Positions 11,212 through 20,825 of a DNA stretch of 22,768 nucleotides are shown piece after piece. Numbering within the stretch: position 1 is the stretch's first letter; each line of letters begins with the position of its first letter. The position numbers were made by a program, and so were the translations under genes. The stretch is from positions 1-22,768 of the forward strand of contig DATGZA010000098.1 in the NCBI GenBank assembly GCA_035297365.1, in the 5' to 3' direction. Source of the stretch: Nitrososphaeraceae archaeon (GTDB lineage: Archaea > Thermoproteota > Nitrososphaeria > Nitrososphaerales > Nitrososphaeraceae). The notes under the pieces were generated by a model that saw only the letters and a program-made list of their open reading frames with translations, did not search any database and had not been told where the DNA came from.

Positions 11212-12351
11212 ATGGAATTAATTAAAACAAAGATCCTTTTTGACGGTGTAAGCGAACAAAAAGATTGTTTTGTTGGAATAGAAAAGAATAACATAAAGTA
11301 TGTTGGTAAAGAAAAGCCCCCTGGAAGACATGAAACCAGCTATGAATGTGGAGCTGTTACTCCTTCATTTATAGATGCACATAGTCATATTGGAATGGTT
11401 AGATCTGGAGAACCAGCGGATGAAGAAGAATCTAATGAACATTTGGATTCTGTATTTCCGCTCGTTAATGCTTTACATAGTGTCTATATGGATGATCCGT
11501 CATTCAAAGAATCAGTTGAATCCGGAATTCTTTATTCTGTAGTTTTACCTGGAAGTGGAAATATAATAGGAGGAAAAGCAGTCCTCCTAAAAAACTATGT
11601 ATCCAATATTAAGGATGCATTTATTTCTGACGTTGGAGTGAAAACCGCCTTAGGGTATAATCCAAGGAGTACCGAAAAATGGAAAGGCAACAGACCATCA
11701 ACTAGGATGGGTTCTATAGCATTACTTAGAGATCACCTGTTAAAAGCCCAAAAAGCTACCAAACTTGTAAAGATGAAAAAAAAAGTTCCAGAAGAGTTAG
11801 AGCCATTAACAGAAATTTTCATAGATATTCTTTCTGGTAAAAATAAGTTGATGGTACACGTACATAAAGAAGATGATGTCATGATCTTGTTGAATTTAGT
11901 TAATGAGTTTAAAATAAAAGCGATTGCAAATCATTTATGTGATGTATATAATGAAAGTGTATTTTCTATGCTTAGATCCTTTTCAATCCCAATAATTTAT
12001 GGACCATTAGATTCTTTTCCTTATAAGGTAGAACTGAAACACGAAAGTTGGAGGAATGTTGAGAAGTTAATCAAGTCTAAAGCAAAATTCGCTTTAATGA
12101 GCGATCATCCTGTAATACTACAAAGAAACCTCTTCTATGGCTTGAGACATTTACTTCGCTTTGGTTTATCTAGGTCCGAGGCTATTTCAAAGATCACTAA
12201 AGAACCAGCAGAAATAATTGAAGCAGGAAAATTAGGTCATATCTCACCAGGATATACTGCATCTCTAACTTTATGGAACGGCGATCCATTTTTGATGTCT
12301 AGTTACCCTAAAACTGTAATTGCAGAAGGAAAAATAGTATATAATGAATAA
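11212..12351 (+). CDS. metal-dependent amidohydrolase (imidazolonepropionase-like, amidohydrolase superfamily)
   Basis: VTPSFIDAHSHIG (HxH), PGSGNIIGG, K.ALG.NP, PSTRMG, VHVHKEDD, SDHPV, ITKEPAEI, G.ISPG..ASL.LWNGDP. Confidence 0.9.
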   Translation: MELIKTKILFDGVSEQKDCFVGIEKNNIKYVGKEKPPGRHETSYECGAVTPSFIDAHSHIGMVRSGEPADEEESNEHLDSVFPLVNALHSVYMDDPSFKESVESGILYSVVLPGSGNIIGGKAVLLKNYVSNIKDAFISDVGVKTALGYNPRSTEKWKGNRPSTRMGSIALLRDHLLKAQKATKLVKMKKKVPEELEPLTEIFIDILSGKNKLMVHVHKEDDVMILLNLVNEFKIKAIANHLCDVYNESVFSMLRSFSIPIIYGPLDSFPYKVELKHESWRNVEKLIKSKAKFALMSDHPVILQRNLFYGLRHLLRFGLSRSEAISKITKEPAEIIEAGKLGHISPGYTASLTLWNGDPFLMSSYPKTVIAEGKIVYNE

Positions 12352-12950
12352 AATATAATCAACATGTAATAGCCGTAGAGGCTCTGTTAATTTAAGAATG
12401 AAATAATAGAAAACAAGTATTTTAACTATTATCTACATTCTATTTTAGACAAATTCGATTTTTGCTCAGAAAATTGCTTTAAGTTAACATCCATGAAAAT
12501 CTCCATCTGTATAGACCTGTTCTTATGTTAGTCTCAAAATTTTATATCATACTATCTATTTTCGTACTTGCAAAACAAAACATAAAGAATAATCAGATCA
12601 TTCAGGTCATAAATAAAAGAGTTATGACATTTTGTATATTCTTATTTATTTTGATAAATATGTTTGATCTTGATATTTTTCCATAAATTTGAAATTTTTA
12701 AAATGTTTTCGATACTCTTATTTTATTTGTGGATTTGCGACTATGCGTGGGTCAGATAGCTTCTAAATTTCTGATAGTAATTATCAATCGTACTATTTAT
12801 ACAATTGAGAAGTTATTTAGCCTTGAACATCATAACACCATCATAAAATTAAATTCGGTTTATTTATCGAGGTGGTTTCTCATTCGATTAACGTGATCTA
12901 TTTTATTAGAAACATCCTTACTTATAATCATCCGATAATTTATATACGTT

Positions 12951-13610
12951 CTATTTTATTGTTGACTTTATCATTATCCGTGTCTCAAATATCTGTCTCA
13001 ATTCGTCAATAGTCAGAATCATACCATAATATTCCTTGACATGTTCAATTGTTGTTTTGTAATGTTGAACGTTTGATGATGCTGTAGCATCAGAAATTAG
13101 TATAACATCATATCCTCTGTTGAATCCATCTCTTAAGGATGTTTCAACACATATTGAGGTATCTATTCCGCAAAAAATCAATGTGTCGATGCCAATACTT
13201 CTTAGCCATACTTCGGTTTCAGTATCCTGAAAAGCTGAGTCTCTCCTTTTAATTATTATGTGATCCTTTACACTAGGTTTTATTTCTTCCACTATCTTTG
13301 AATCCCATGTACCGCGTACACATATAGGCCTTTTTTTGATTCTTTCTTCCCTCGATACTGGTAAAATACGATGAGTTTTTGTCAAAAGATCTATCCCTGA
13401 AGCTTCTCTAACAGCTTGAGTATAAAAAATTGGAATTTTAAATTTTCGACACAAGTCAATCAACTCTTTTATCTTTGGTACTACTTTTTGGTAATTAGAT
13501 ACATTCATACCAAGTAAATCATAAGAACCGCCCTCGCTAACAAATCCGTTTTGAACATCTATGACTAACAATGCTATATTTGCACTGGGGTAGAGATCCA
13601 TTTGAGACAT
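12951..13610 (-). CDS. isochorismatase-family cysteine hydrolase (RutB/ureidoacrylate-hydrolase-like)
   Basis: ALLVIDVQNGF (catalytic Asp), IIKRRDSAF (Lys), GIDTSICVETSLRDGFNRGYDV (Cys nucleophile). Confidence 0.9.
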   Translation of the reverse strand: MSQMDLYPSANIALLVIDVQNGFVSEGGSYDLLGMNVSNYQKVVPKIKELIDLCRKFKIPIFYTQAVREASGIDLLTKTHRILPVSREERIKKRPICVRGTWDSKIVEEIKPSVKDHIIIKRRDSAFQDTETEVWLRSIGIDTLIFCGIDTSICVETSLRDGFNRGYDVILISDATASSNVQHYKTTIEHVKEYYGMILTIDELRQIFETRIMIKSTIK

Positions 13611-13716
13611 TATCTTTAATCTTGTATCAACGTACGGTATTGATATTTAATTGTAATTTAAAAATTATAAATATGATAGCTTTATTGCTAAGACGTCTTT
13701 TCTTGACTATTTCAAA

Positions 13717-15405
13717 TTATTTTTTTTTGTTATAACTACAAATAATCTGGTTTAGATATTTTTTGTTATAGCTACAAATAATATTGTCTAGATACATCTG
13801 AACTGTCGGGTCTGTTTTCCATAATTCTTGACTACCATATAAATAACCATATCTGTCAGAACTTCCAAGTTTTTCTCTTAATTCCAGTTTATCAATATAG
13901 GTTTTGGTAACCATATCTTTGGTATAAAAATTTTTAATAGCCATTTTTTTCAAAAAATCGTGAATCCCAGATCCATGTTGTGCAGCTAGTTTTTCTCTGT
14001 AGGCAATATGGTGTGGTATTCCTAATCTTAATGCTAATTCTCTATGAACACGTTTTCCAAAAATGTCGTTATCATCGTTAATATTTAGTTTCATATCTAT
14101 TGAAGTAGATGCTCTTACAACCTTTGGATCTAGAAAAGGTACTCGGCTCTCAATGCTAAACGCCATAGAAATTTTATCTTCTCTCTCTAAGGTTTCTTTG
14201 TAAAGTAAAAGTAGATCTTGAGTCATATGTTCTCGTAATCTATCGTAACCTTCCTTAGCAACGACATTTCTATACCATGGATAGCCACCAAATAGTTCAT
14301 CTGCTCCTTGACCTGAAAATAATATTCGTTGATTATCATTAGCTGCCATCTGCACTGCAGCAAAAATAGGTATTGCGGTTTCTACCTGCGTAAGATTATT
14401 TGTTTCTATGATATTGATTATATCTGGAAGATGTTTTTCAACATAATCGTAATCTAATTCTCTTGTACGCAAATTCAGGTCTAATTCTTTTCCAATTGAT
14501 TTGACAAATTCAAGGTCTAAAGATCCTTTTACTCCAGTAGTATAACAGGTAACATCTGGAACAAAATCTCTTATTATATGTGCTATTAAAACACTATCAA
14601 TTCCTCCAGAAAAAATAACACCAATTTTTTCCTGGTCCTGCGTTCTTTTTTTAATGGAATTTAATAAAACTTTTTTGTATATGTCAATTGAGTCTTCCAT
14701 TGTATTGTATAACTGGCTCTGACTGACAGGAGGATCAAGCATTTTGAATGGCTTTGATATATTTTTGGAAATGATCACACAATGTCCTGGCAATAACGAA
14801 TAGGTAGGCTCTTTTAGTCCTATCTCCCACAACGCCTTTCTTTCAGAAGCAAATCCTATGATCTCTTTGTTCTCTCCATAGTAAATTTGTCTTATTCCAA
14901 GTCTATCTCTGACCAAATATACATTACCAGTATGCTGATCCTTAATCGCAAAGACATATACTCCATCTAGCTGCTCCATCGTATCTTTAATTGCCTTTAC
15001 AAGATCTGTACAATTATTTTTATTATAATTGTCTTCCAGCAAATGTATTACTACTTCACTGTCAGTTTCTGAGGAAAATTTATGGCGTTTTATTAATTCT
15101 TGTCTAAGTTCTTTGTAGTTATATATTTCACCATTGTGTTCCAACAATAATCTGTTGTCACAACTTTTAAAAGGTTGTGAACCACAAGTACCACCGACTA
15201 TAGCTAACCTGACATGACCTAAAACCATGTTTGAGGATGTATTATCAAAAGATAATTTTTCGAGTGAGTTTGACTGGTAAATTTCTTTATCTATAGAGAG
15301 GCCTGCCCCATCTGGACCTCTATTTTTCATACACATCATCATAGATTTCATAAAAGGAACCACATCTGTTGATTCCTTGCTTATTACACCTGCAATTCCA
15401 CACAT
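13717..15405 (-). CDS. asnB: asparagine synthase (glutamine-hydrolysing) family amidotransferase
   Basis: MCGI (N-terminal Cys of class II GATase), RGPD, GHVRLAIV, HNGEIYNY, SGGIDS, SGQGADELFGGY, RVPFLD. Confidence 0.92.
   Translation of the reverse strand: MCGIAGVISKESTDVVPFMKSMMMCMKNRGPDGAGLSIDKEIYQSNSLEKLSFDNTSSNMVLGHVRLAIVGGTCGSQPFKSCDNRLLLEHNGEIYNYKELRQELIKRHKFSSETDSEVVIHLLEDNYNKNNCTDLVKAIKDTMEQLDGVYVFAIKDQHTGNVYLVRDRLGIRQIYYGENKEIIGFASERKALWEIGLKEPTYSLLPGHCVIISKNISKPFKMLDPPVSQSQLYNTMEDSIDIYKKVLLNSIKKRTQDQEKIGVIFSGGIDSVLIAHIIRDFVPDVTCYTTGVKGSLDLEFVKSIGKELDLNLRTRELDYDYVEKHLPDIINIIETNNLTQVETAIPIFAAVQMAANDNQRILFSGQGADELFGGYPWYRNVVAKEGYDRLREHMTQDLLLLYKETLEREDKISMAFSIESRVPFLDPKVVRASTSIDMKLNINDDNDIFGKRVHRELALRLGIPHHIAYREKLAAQHGSGIHDFLKKMAIKNFYTKDMVTKTYIDKLELREKLGSSDRYGYLYGSQELWKTDPTVQMYLDNIICSYNKKYLNQIICSYNKKK
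13723..13794. repeat. 36-bp tandem duplication at the asnB 3' end
   Basis: 13723-13758 versus 13759-13794, 32/36 identical; encodes YLDNIICSYNKK / YLNQIICSYNKK. Confidence 0.85.
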
Positions 15406-16008
15406 AATAAATTATATACTTTATTATAGTAAATAACTGTTTTTATATTTTACTAACGAATGTTTATATTACGTAATTTTTTTTTACTTAAAACTGTTAA
15501 AGTTTAGGGAAATTACAAGAAATCTAAATATGTATCACTCAATTTACAATATAAAAATCAATTGAAGTTAGAAATTTGATATTAAATCTCACTAATTAAA
15601 TTTTTTTAAATAAAATAATGGGTTTAATATAACTTCATATTTTCATTTAAACGCAAATCACCAAAATCAGGTGACGATCATGAAAAAATCACTTATTCTC
15701 AATGTAAAGTACTTTTTATTCTCAAGATGATCGATTCCATACCTACCAAAGTATCATTTCCAATCCATGGGTGTCCATGATCAAGAGAATCATGTGCGAA
15801 ATTAGTCATATCTTTAACAAAAATTGAAAACTATGATTTTATAGTCAATCATTTGGTAATAATCTTCCGCCAGTGTCGATAAAGCTTCCATTGTCTATAA
15901 ATTTTTCATCCTGTGTAGGTGAAAGGCGATCAGTACGTGCTTTAGAATAAAATTCAACATGAAAAATGAGGAATATAACTATAATTATCGGTTGAAATAA
16001 AGCTAAAA

Positions 16009-17076
16009 GTGTTATCAATTATAATATTCATAGTTTCTTTTCTTTCTGTTTTTTTAAATCCGATCATTGTAACTACCATTTCGGATAACCTTAATAAAAT
16101 AACACATATCGGCTATTCGGAATGTCCTTTTTTTAACTTTTCATGTGTACATGATATTTCAACACAGGTAAAAAAAAATCAAATTAATGACGAAAAGCTA
16201 ATAAATGCAACTTTAGAGAAGGTTGATTCTGGCAAACTTAAAAATTGGCTATATTTTTTATCCTCTTTTCATAATCGACATACGAAAACAGAGTATATTG
16301 ACTAAGCTGCATATTGGATAAAGAATGAACTCCAACAGACATGTAATGGTAAAGTCTATTTTCATAATTTCAATCATCTGGATCAAGAAAAAAATTATCA
16401 ATTAAAAAACATAATTTGTGATATTTCTAGTTCGAAATCGAATGTTAAAAATAGTACTATTATAATTTCGGCACATTATGACGATAGAATGGAGGTACTA
16501 AACAATACTAAGGCTAGAGCTCCTGGTGCTGATGATAATGCTAGCGGTGTCTCTGCCCTGCTAGAAGTAGCTCGAATACTTTCTAATATGAATTTACAAA
16601 ACAACATTCAAATTGTATTTTTCTCAGGTGAAGAACAAGGACAATGGGGATCAAAAAACTATGTAAAGGCTCTCTATAACAATAATACAAAGATTGATCT
16701 ACTAGTAAACTTAGATATGATTGGATACCCACCTCCAAGTGAACTAAATAAAGAATATGTGATAATTGAATATGACGAGTGGAACAAAGTCCCTACGAAT
16801 AATATAGATTCTAAAAGAACAGCAGAGTTTATGCAACAAATAGCTTTACATTACACAAATCTTATCCCCAGATTACAAAATCTTAGTAATAGTGATTTCA
16901 ATCCATTTGAAGCACTTGGATATACAGTAATAGGTTTACACGATGGAGGTGAAAAATACAACCCACATTACCATAAATCATCTGATAGTCCAGATACTCT
17001 TGATATTGAATATTTAACGGCCATTACAAAACTGACACTAGTCACAATATTGAAACTCGATACAAACTTTAAATAA
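16009..17076 (+). pseudogene. secreted M28 family zinc aminopeptidase with one in-frame stop
   Basis: ORFs 16009-16305 and 16489-17076 are in the same frame. After TAA (16303-16305) the frame reads on as AAYWIKNELQQ...NIICDI...IIISAHYDDR into PGADDNASG, FSGEEQGQWGS, NLDMIG, SDFNPF and NPHYHKSSD (M28 motifs). N-terminal hydrophobic signal present. Confidence 0.85.
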
Positions 17077-17106
17077 TTAATCAAAACAAAATAATTAATC
17101 AAAACA
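17071..17106. repeat. perfect 18-bp tandem duplication
   Basis: AAATAATTAATCAAAACA at 17071-17088 and 17089-17106, spanning the M28 stop codon. Confidence 0.85.
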
Positions 17107-17116
17107 TTCGGGGATT

Positions 17117-17452
17117 CTACAACTTTATTTCATAATATGTTCTCAATTCTAGAGGTTTTTCTAGCATTGGATTAATTCTTTCTTCTAAATTCTGCATATG
17201 AGGTTGTTTGAAATGTTCTTCAATAGCATTTTGGTCTTCCCAAATTTCGTCAAACATAAAAAATTCCGGATTATCTGTGGACCTATGTGGTACATACGCT
17301 ATATTTCCAGGTTCTTTGATTGTTGGTTCTATTAAGCCGTGTAAAATTTTCCATAATTCATCTCCTTTTCCATTTTTTGCTTCAAGAAATGCTAGTAACC
17401 TTATTGTATTTTCTGTTCTATTTTCAAATTTCTGCAAATTAGTTGTCTCCAT
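17117..17452 (-). CDS. antibiotic biosynthesis monooxygenase (ABM) / putative quinol monooxygenase
   Basis: T.KEPGNIAY..HRSTDNPEFFMFDEIWEDQNAIEEHFKQPH is a typical ABM/YgiN pattern. Confidence 0.88.
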   Translation of the reverse strand: METTNLQKFENRTENTIRLLAFLEAKNGKGDELWKILHGLIEPTIKEPGNIAYVPHRSTDNPEFFMFDEIWEDQNAIEEHFKQPHMQNLEERINPMLEKPLELRTYYEIKL

Positions 17453-17618
17453 ACAATAATATATTGTCTAATATAATAAATAAATAACTAATATTCTTAA
17501 ATACATAATATATTGAACTCATAATTTGTTCTTCTTTATCATTTCAGTTCGTTAACTATTCCAGTTACCAAAAGTATTTAATAGCAATCGGTAGATCATT
17601 TATATCAATATTATTATT

Positions 17619-18368
17619 ATGAAGTGTTCTATTTGTGGAGTTGATAATGAAATTTCATTTACATGCAATTATTGTAAAGAAACATTTTGTCCGGATCATC
17701 GACTACCAATGAATCATTCCTGTAGATTTCTTAAACAATACATCGAAAAAAGGAAACAGATGAATTATAATCAACAACAAGGTTATAATCATTCTAATTT
17801 TCTTAGAAAGATGCTGAACTTCAGATCTTCAAGAACAGAATTGTATCATTTGGGCATAGCAACTATACTAGTGTTATTAGTAGGTTTATCTCTAACTGGT
17901 TATAGACACATATCGTACGAATTTATTCTTATTTTTATAAGCGCGTTTCTCATACACGAATTAGCACATAAATTACTAGCGCAATTGTATGGAAGCTGGG
18001 CAGAATTTAGGGCTGAAATTTCTGGTTTGTTAATAACTGCACTCTCTGCAATCCCTTTTTTCCCATTCAAGTTCATTGCACCAGGCGCGGTTGTTATTGG
18101 TGATTTAACACGAAATAAGTTTGGAAGAGTTGCATTAATAGGTCCTTTAACAAATTTGATTATGGGCTTTTCCTTTCTAATGTTATCATATTTATTTCCC
18201 TCTCATCCATATTTTAATGTAGGAGCCAGTTTTAATGCTTGGATTTCTATTTTTAATCTAATTCCATTTGGTGTTCTAGATGGACAAAAGATCTTTAATT
18301 GGAATAAAATTGTCTGGATATGTGCAATAATTTGTGCATCAATTCTCTTTATAATTTCATATGGTTAG
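17619..18368 (+). CDS. AN1-type zinc finger fused to M50 (site-2) intramembrane metalloprotease
   Basis: CSIC...FTCNYCKETFCPDHRLPMNHSC (AN1); HELAH, GPLTN and FNLIPFGVLDG (M50); multiple TMs. Confidence 0.9.
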   Translation: MKCSICGVDNEISFTCNYCKETFCPDHRLPMNHSCRFLKQYIEKRKQMNYNQQQGYNHSNFLRKMLNFRSSRTELYHLGIATILVLLVGLSLTGYRHISYEFILIFISAFLIHELAHKLLAQLYGSWAEFRAEISGLLITALSAIPFFPFKFIAPGAVVIGDLTRNKFGRVALIGPLTNLIMGFSFLMLSYLFPSHPYFNVGASFNAWISIFNLIPFGVLDGQKIFNWNKIVWICAIICASILFIISYG

Positions 18369-18692
18369 TATCAAGATTTTTTTGTTAATTCTGCGGTAAA
18401 TTTTAGGTTTAATTGATCCTATTGGATCTTCTGATTTATGGGTTAATTCATTTTTAGATTTTATTCTTAGTCTTAATACGAAATTGTCCTAAAATAATAT
18501 TTCTTTGATAAATATGTCGGTTTGAGAACCTGTTTCATCAAGCTTATAATACCAAAAATAGCAAATTTAATAATTGTATCACCAGGACCCGTTCTTATGA
18601 TAAATAACTGATTTGTATTATCCCGTTAATATAATCCCTTGATATATCAACTTCAGCAAAAATAATATTAACACCTTTGAATAAATCAAGAA

Positions 18693-19040
18693 ATGTTGAT
18701 AAAGGCTTTTCCAATTTCTTACGATAGAAAAAGAGCTGAATCTGCTTTCAAACTATTATTGCGTCATAGAGAAAGTGAACTAAAACAGATTGCAGGAGAT
18801 ATAGGCTATCCTACTTCAGGGGAACATTGGCAGGAGAAGATCTTGTTATTCTGTCTTGATATAGACAAATGTTTTCTTGACCTGTCAAAAGAGGGCATTG
18901 AGGATAACGAAGTCTTTAAATGTATGAACCTGATGAAGGTAATGGCCAAAAATAAAACGAATATAGAAATTCAGAAAATTCAGAATCTTGCATACACGAT
19001 TTCAGCAGATTTCAAGTCATTTTATGAGAAGCAATCCTAG
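18693..19040 (+). CDS. hypothetical protein
   Basis: 115-aa ORF with ATG start, TATA-like TATTAA about 25 bp upstream, T-rich tract after the stop. Confidence 0.7.
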   Translation: MLIKAFPISYDRKRAESAFKLLLRHRESELKQIAGDIGYPTSGEHWQEKILLFCLDIDKCFLDLSKEGIEDNEVFKCMNLMKVMAKNKTNIEIQKIQNLAYTISADFKSFYEKQS

Positions 19041-19120
19041 GCATTTTCTTTTAGTTTTAATATAAAGGAAATTTTTTGCCCAGAAAAAAGTTTATGGCAT
19101 TAAAATACCATTCATATTTC

Positions 19121-19261
19121 CTAATTGTCAAGTACTGGAATCAATTCGGTAGAACATTTCGAACATCTGAAGTATTCGGATCTCGTTTCATTGGTCTCTA
19201 CAACTACATATTCATTGCATTTCGTACAGTACATGATTGCCTGCGTAGTTTTAAAGTCCAT
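19121..19261 (-). CDS. 46-aa zinc-ribbon microprotein (not in ORF track)
   Basis: Manual translation MDFKTTQAIMYCTKCNEYVVVETNETRSEYFRCSKCSTELIPVLDN*; two CxxC motifs; TTTAAAA box about 23-29 bp upstream on the minus strand. Confidence 0.75.
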   Translation of the reverse strand: MDFKTTQAIMYCTKCNEYVVVETNETRSEYFRCSKCSTELIPVLDN

Positions 19262-20021
19262 ATATACAATACTCGTTACTATCTTTTAAATTTGTCTATA
19301 AATATTTACAAAATATAATGAGAAGGTCATAAAAAAAGAAATGAAAATAAGAGGCTGAGGTAAAAAAGATTTACTCTTCTATTTTCTCAGGAGAAATTGA
19401 AAATAAAAATCATAGATCTGTATCCTTATTTGTGAAAAATAACATTACTACTTTTAATAGGGATGGTAAAATTAAAATATAAATAAACATTTTTATTCGG
19501 AACTACGCTGTTTTAATATTTGCTGACATTTTTGTATTTTTCCTGATGATTTTCTCATTGTATCATCCATTTGATAAGATAAATAGATTAGCCAAATCTG
19601 TCGTTATTGATTAAAATATCTATATCTTTTAGATGGAGTAAAAATAGTTACTCCATTTCCTATCTCTGTTTTAGATATAACTTTTCTATTTTGTTTGTGC
19701 CAACAAACTCTTGCATGTCTGGTAGAACCTTTTTTTAAGTTTTATATTCAAACTGGATCTTGATTATACAAGGCCAACGTTGACTGTTCATCATAAAATA
19801 CCAGCAGATCACTTTTTAGTCTAGAAGGTATACATTTACATCTATTCCCCTAACCAAAAAAACAAAGTATTATTTCTTTCCAAAAATTTCATGCACAAAT
19901 ATCGGAGGTATAATGTTTGCTAAGAATTTATCTCCTCCTCTAAAGAGCATAAATATATTTATTTTTAATTCTAAAACTAAAAAAAGCATAAATGAATTTG
20001 TTACTAAAAAGAATAAAGAGG

Positions 20022-20658
20022 TTATTCTATGTGTCCTAAACCGTCATTGTTATGGTCAGCATCATTCAAGTTGAAAACTGGATTTTTGCCACCTGCTAAA
20101 TCAGCTGGTAATTTTTGATTTCCTTCATAAAATTGTTCTATGCTTCCCAATGATCTCTGAACGTTAATGTCCACTACATCTCCTGCATTAAATGTTACTG
20201 GTTCATCTCCGAAGTTTATCAAGTCAACATCTGTGATTCTTGGTGAGCCGCCATTCAGAGGATCAGGAAGATGTGAATGGTACACACAACTGCCAACTGT
20301 AGATGAAGTCTATGACATATAATGGAACAAAGTCAACGTGTGTAAATTCAGCAGATTCATCGATATGTCCTGCAATTACTGAAATCAGTGGTTCTCTTGT
20401 ATCAGAATCACATGGTCCTCTGAATAAAAAGTGACCTGAAATAAAGTTCGGACTTGCATCATATACAGGAACAACACCCAGAGGTGGTAGAGTTATACCG
20501 TTTAAATTTACATGGGTATTGTCTGGAATACTATCCCCTTGGACTCCTGCTTCGAAACTATGGCTGGCGAATATATCTAATGGCATGGAGGATAAAGATG
20601 CTAGACTTAGAAATGTTGCCATCATAACCACAAATATTTTACTTTTTTGTATAAACAT
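20022..20658 (-). pseudogene. secreted His-containing thaumarchaeal protein, split by a frameshift
   Basis: ORFs 20263-20667 and 20022-20285 overlap in different frames. A one-base shift near 20300-20310 (GAC T TCA TCT) joins ...VPLYVID to SSTVGSCVYHSHLPDPLNGGSPRITD... Signal peptide from ATG 20658 (MFIQKSKIFVVMMATFLSLASL...IFA-SH). Confidence 0.75.
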
Positions 20659-20693
20659 TGATTTCAAGATGCGAATACAGTATAAAAAATATT

Positions 20694-20710
20694 TGGTACA
20701 TTCATCGAAT
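20694..20710 (-). promoter_or_regulatory. shared upstream motif ATTCGAT-GAA-TGTACCA, copy 1
   Basis: Read on the minus strand; followed after 4-5 nt by TTTTTTATA (20681-20689); ends 36 nt before ATG 20658. Confidence 0.75.
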
Positions 20711-20808
20711 AATATGAAGTTTTTAATTACAATATTTTATAATGAATTTTATTATAAAATAATCTCTATAATACGTATATTTCTATATTATTGACATATA
20801 TTTCATTT

Positions 20809-20825
20809 ATTCGATGAATGTACCA
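20809..20825 (+). promoter_or_regulatory. shared upstream motif ATTCGAT-GAA-TGTACCA, copy 2
   Basis: Followed after 5 nt by TTTTTATT (from 20831); ends 36 nt before ATG 20861; 20-bp perfect inverted match to copy 1. Confidence 0.75.

Noticed and set aside
15680-15960. Higher-GC patch between asnB and the M28 gene, considered as ncRNA or riboswitch
   Set aside because: No recognisable RNA motif or stable stem set by eye; short broken minus-strand frames suggest a gene remnant. An Infernal/Rfam scan and tBLASTx would decide.
16303-16305. Stop-codon recoding (in-frame TAA here and at 1724-1726)
   Set aside because: TAA is the normal terminator of many intact genes in this window; Sec and Pyl use TGA and TAG.
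17208-17459. 83-aa plus-strand ORF
   Set aside because: Antisense shadow of the ABM gene.
18371-18660. Possible decayed minus-strand gene
   Set aside because: Frames are interrupted by stops and I recognise no family.
19076-19318. 80-aa plus-strand ORF
   Set aside because: Antisense to the better-supported zinc-ribbon microprotein.
19633-19656. 9-bp inverted repeat ATGGAGTAA-N6-TTACTCCAT in a long non-coding stretch
   Set aside because: Not next to a gene start or end, single occurrence, no transposase or TIR partner seen.
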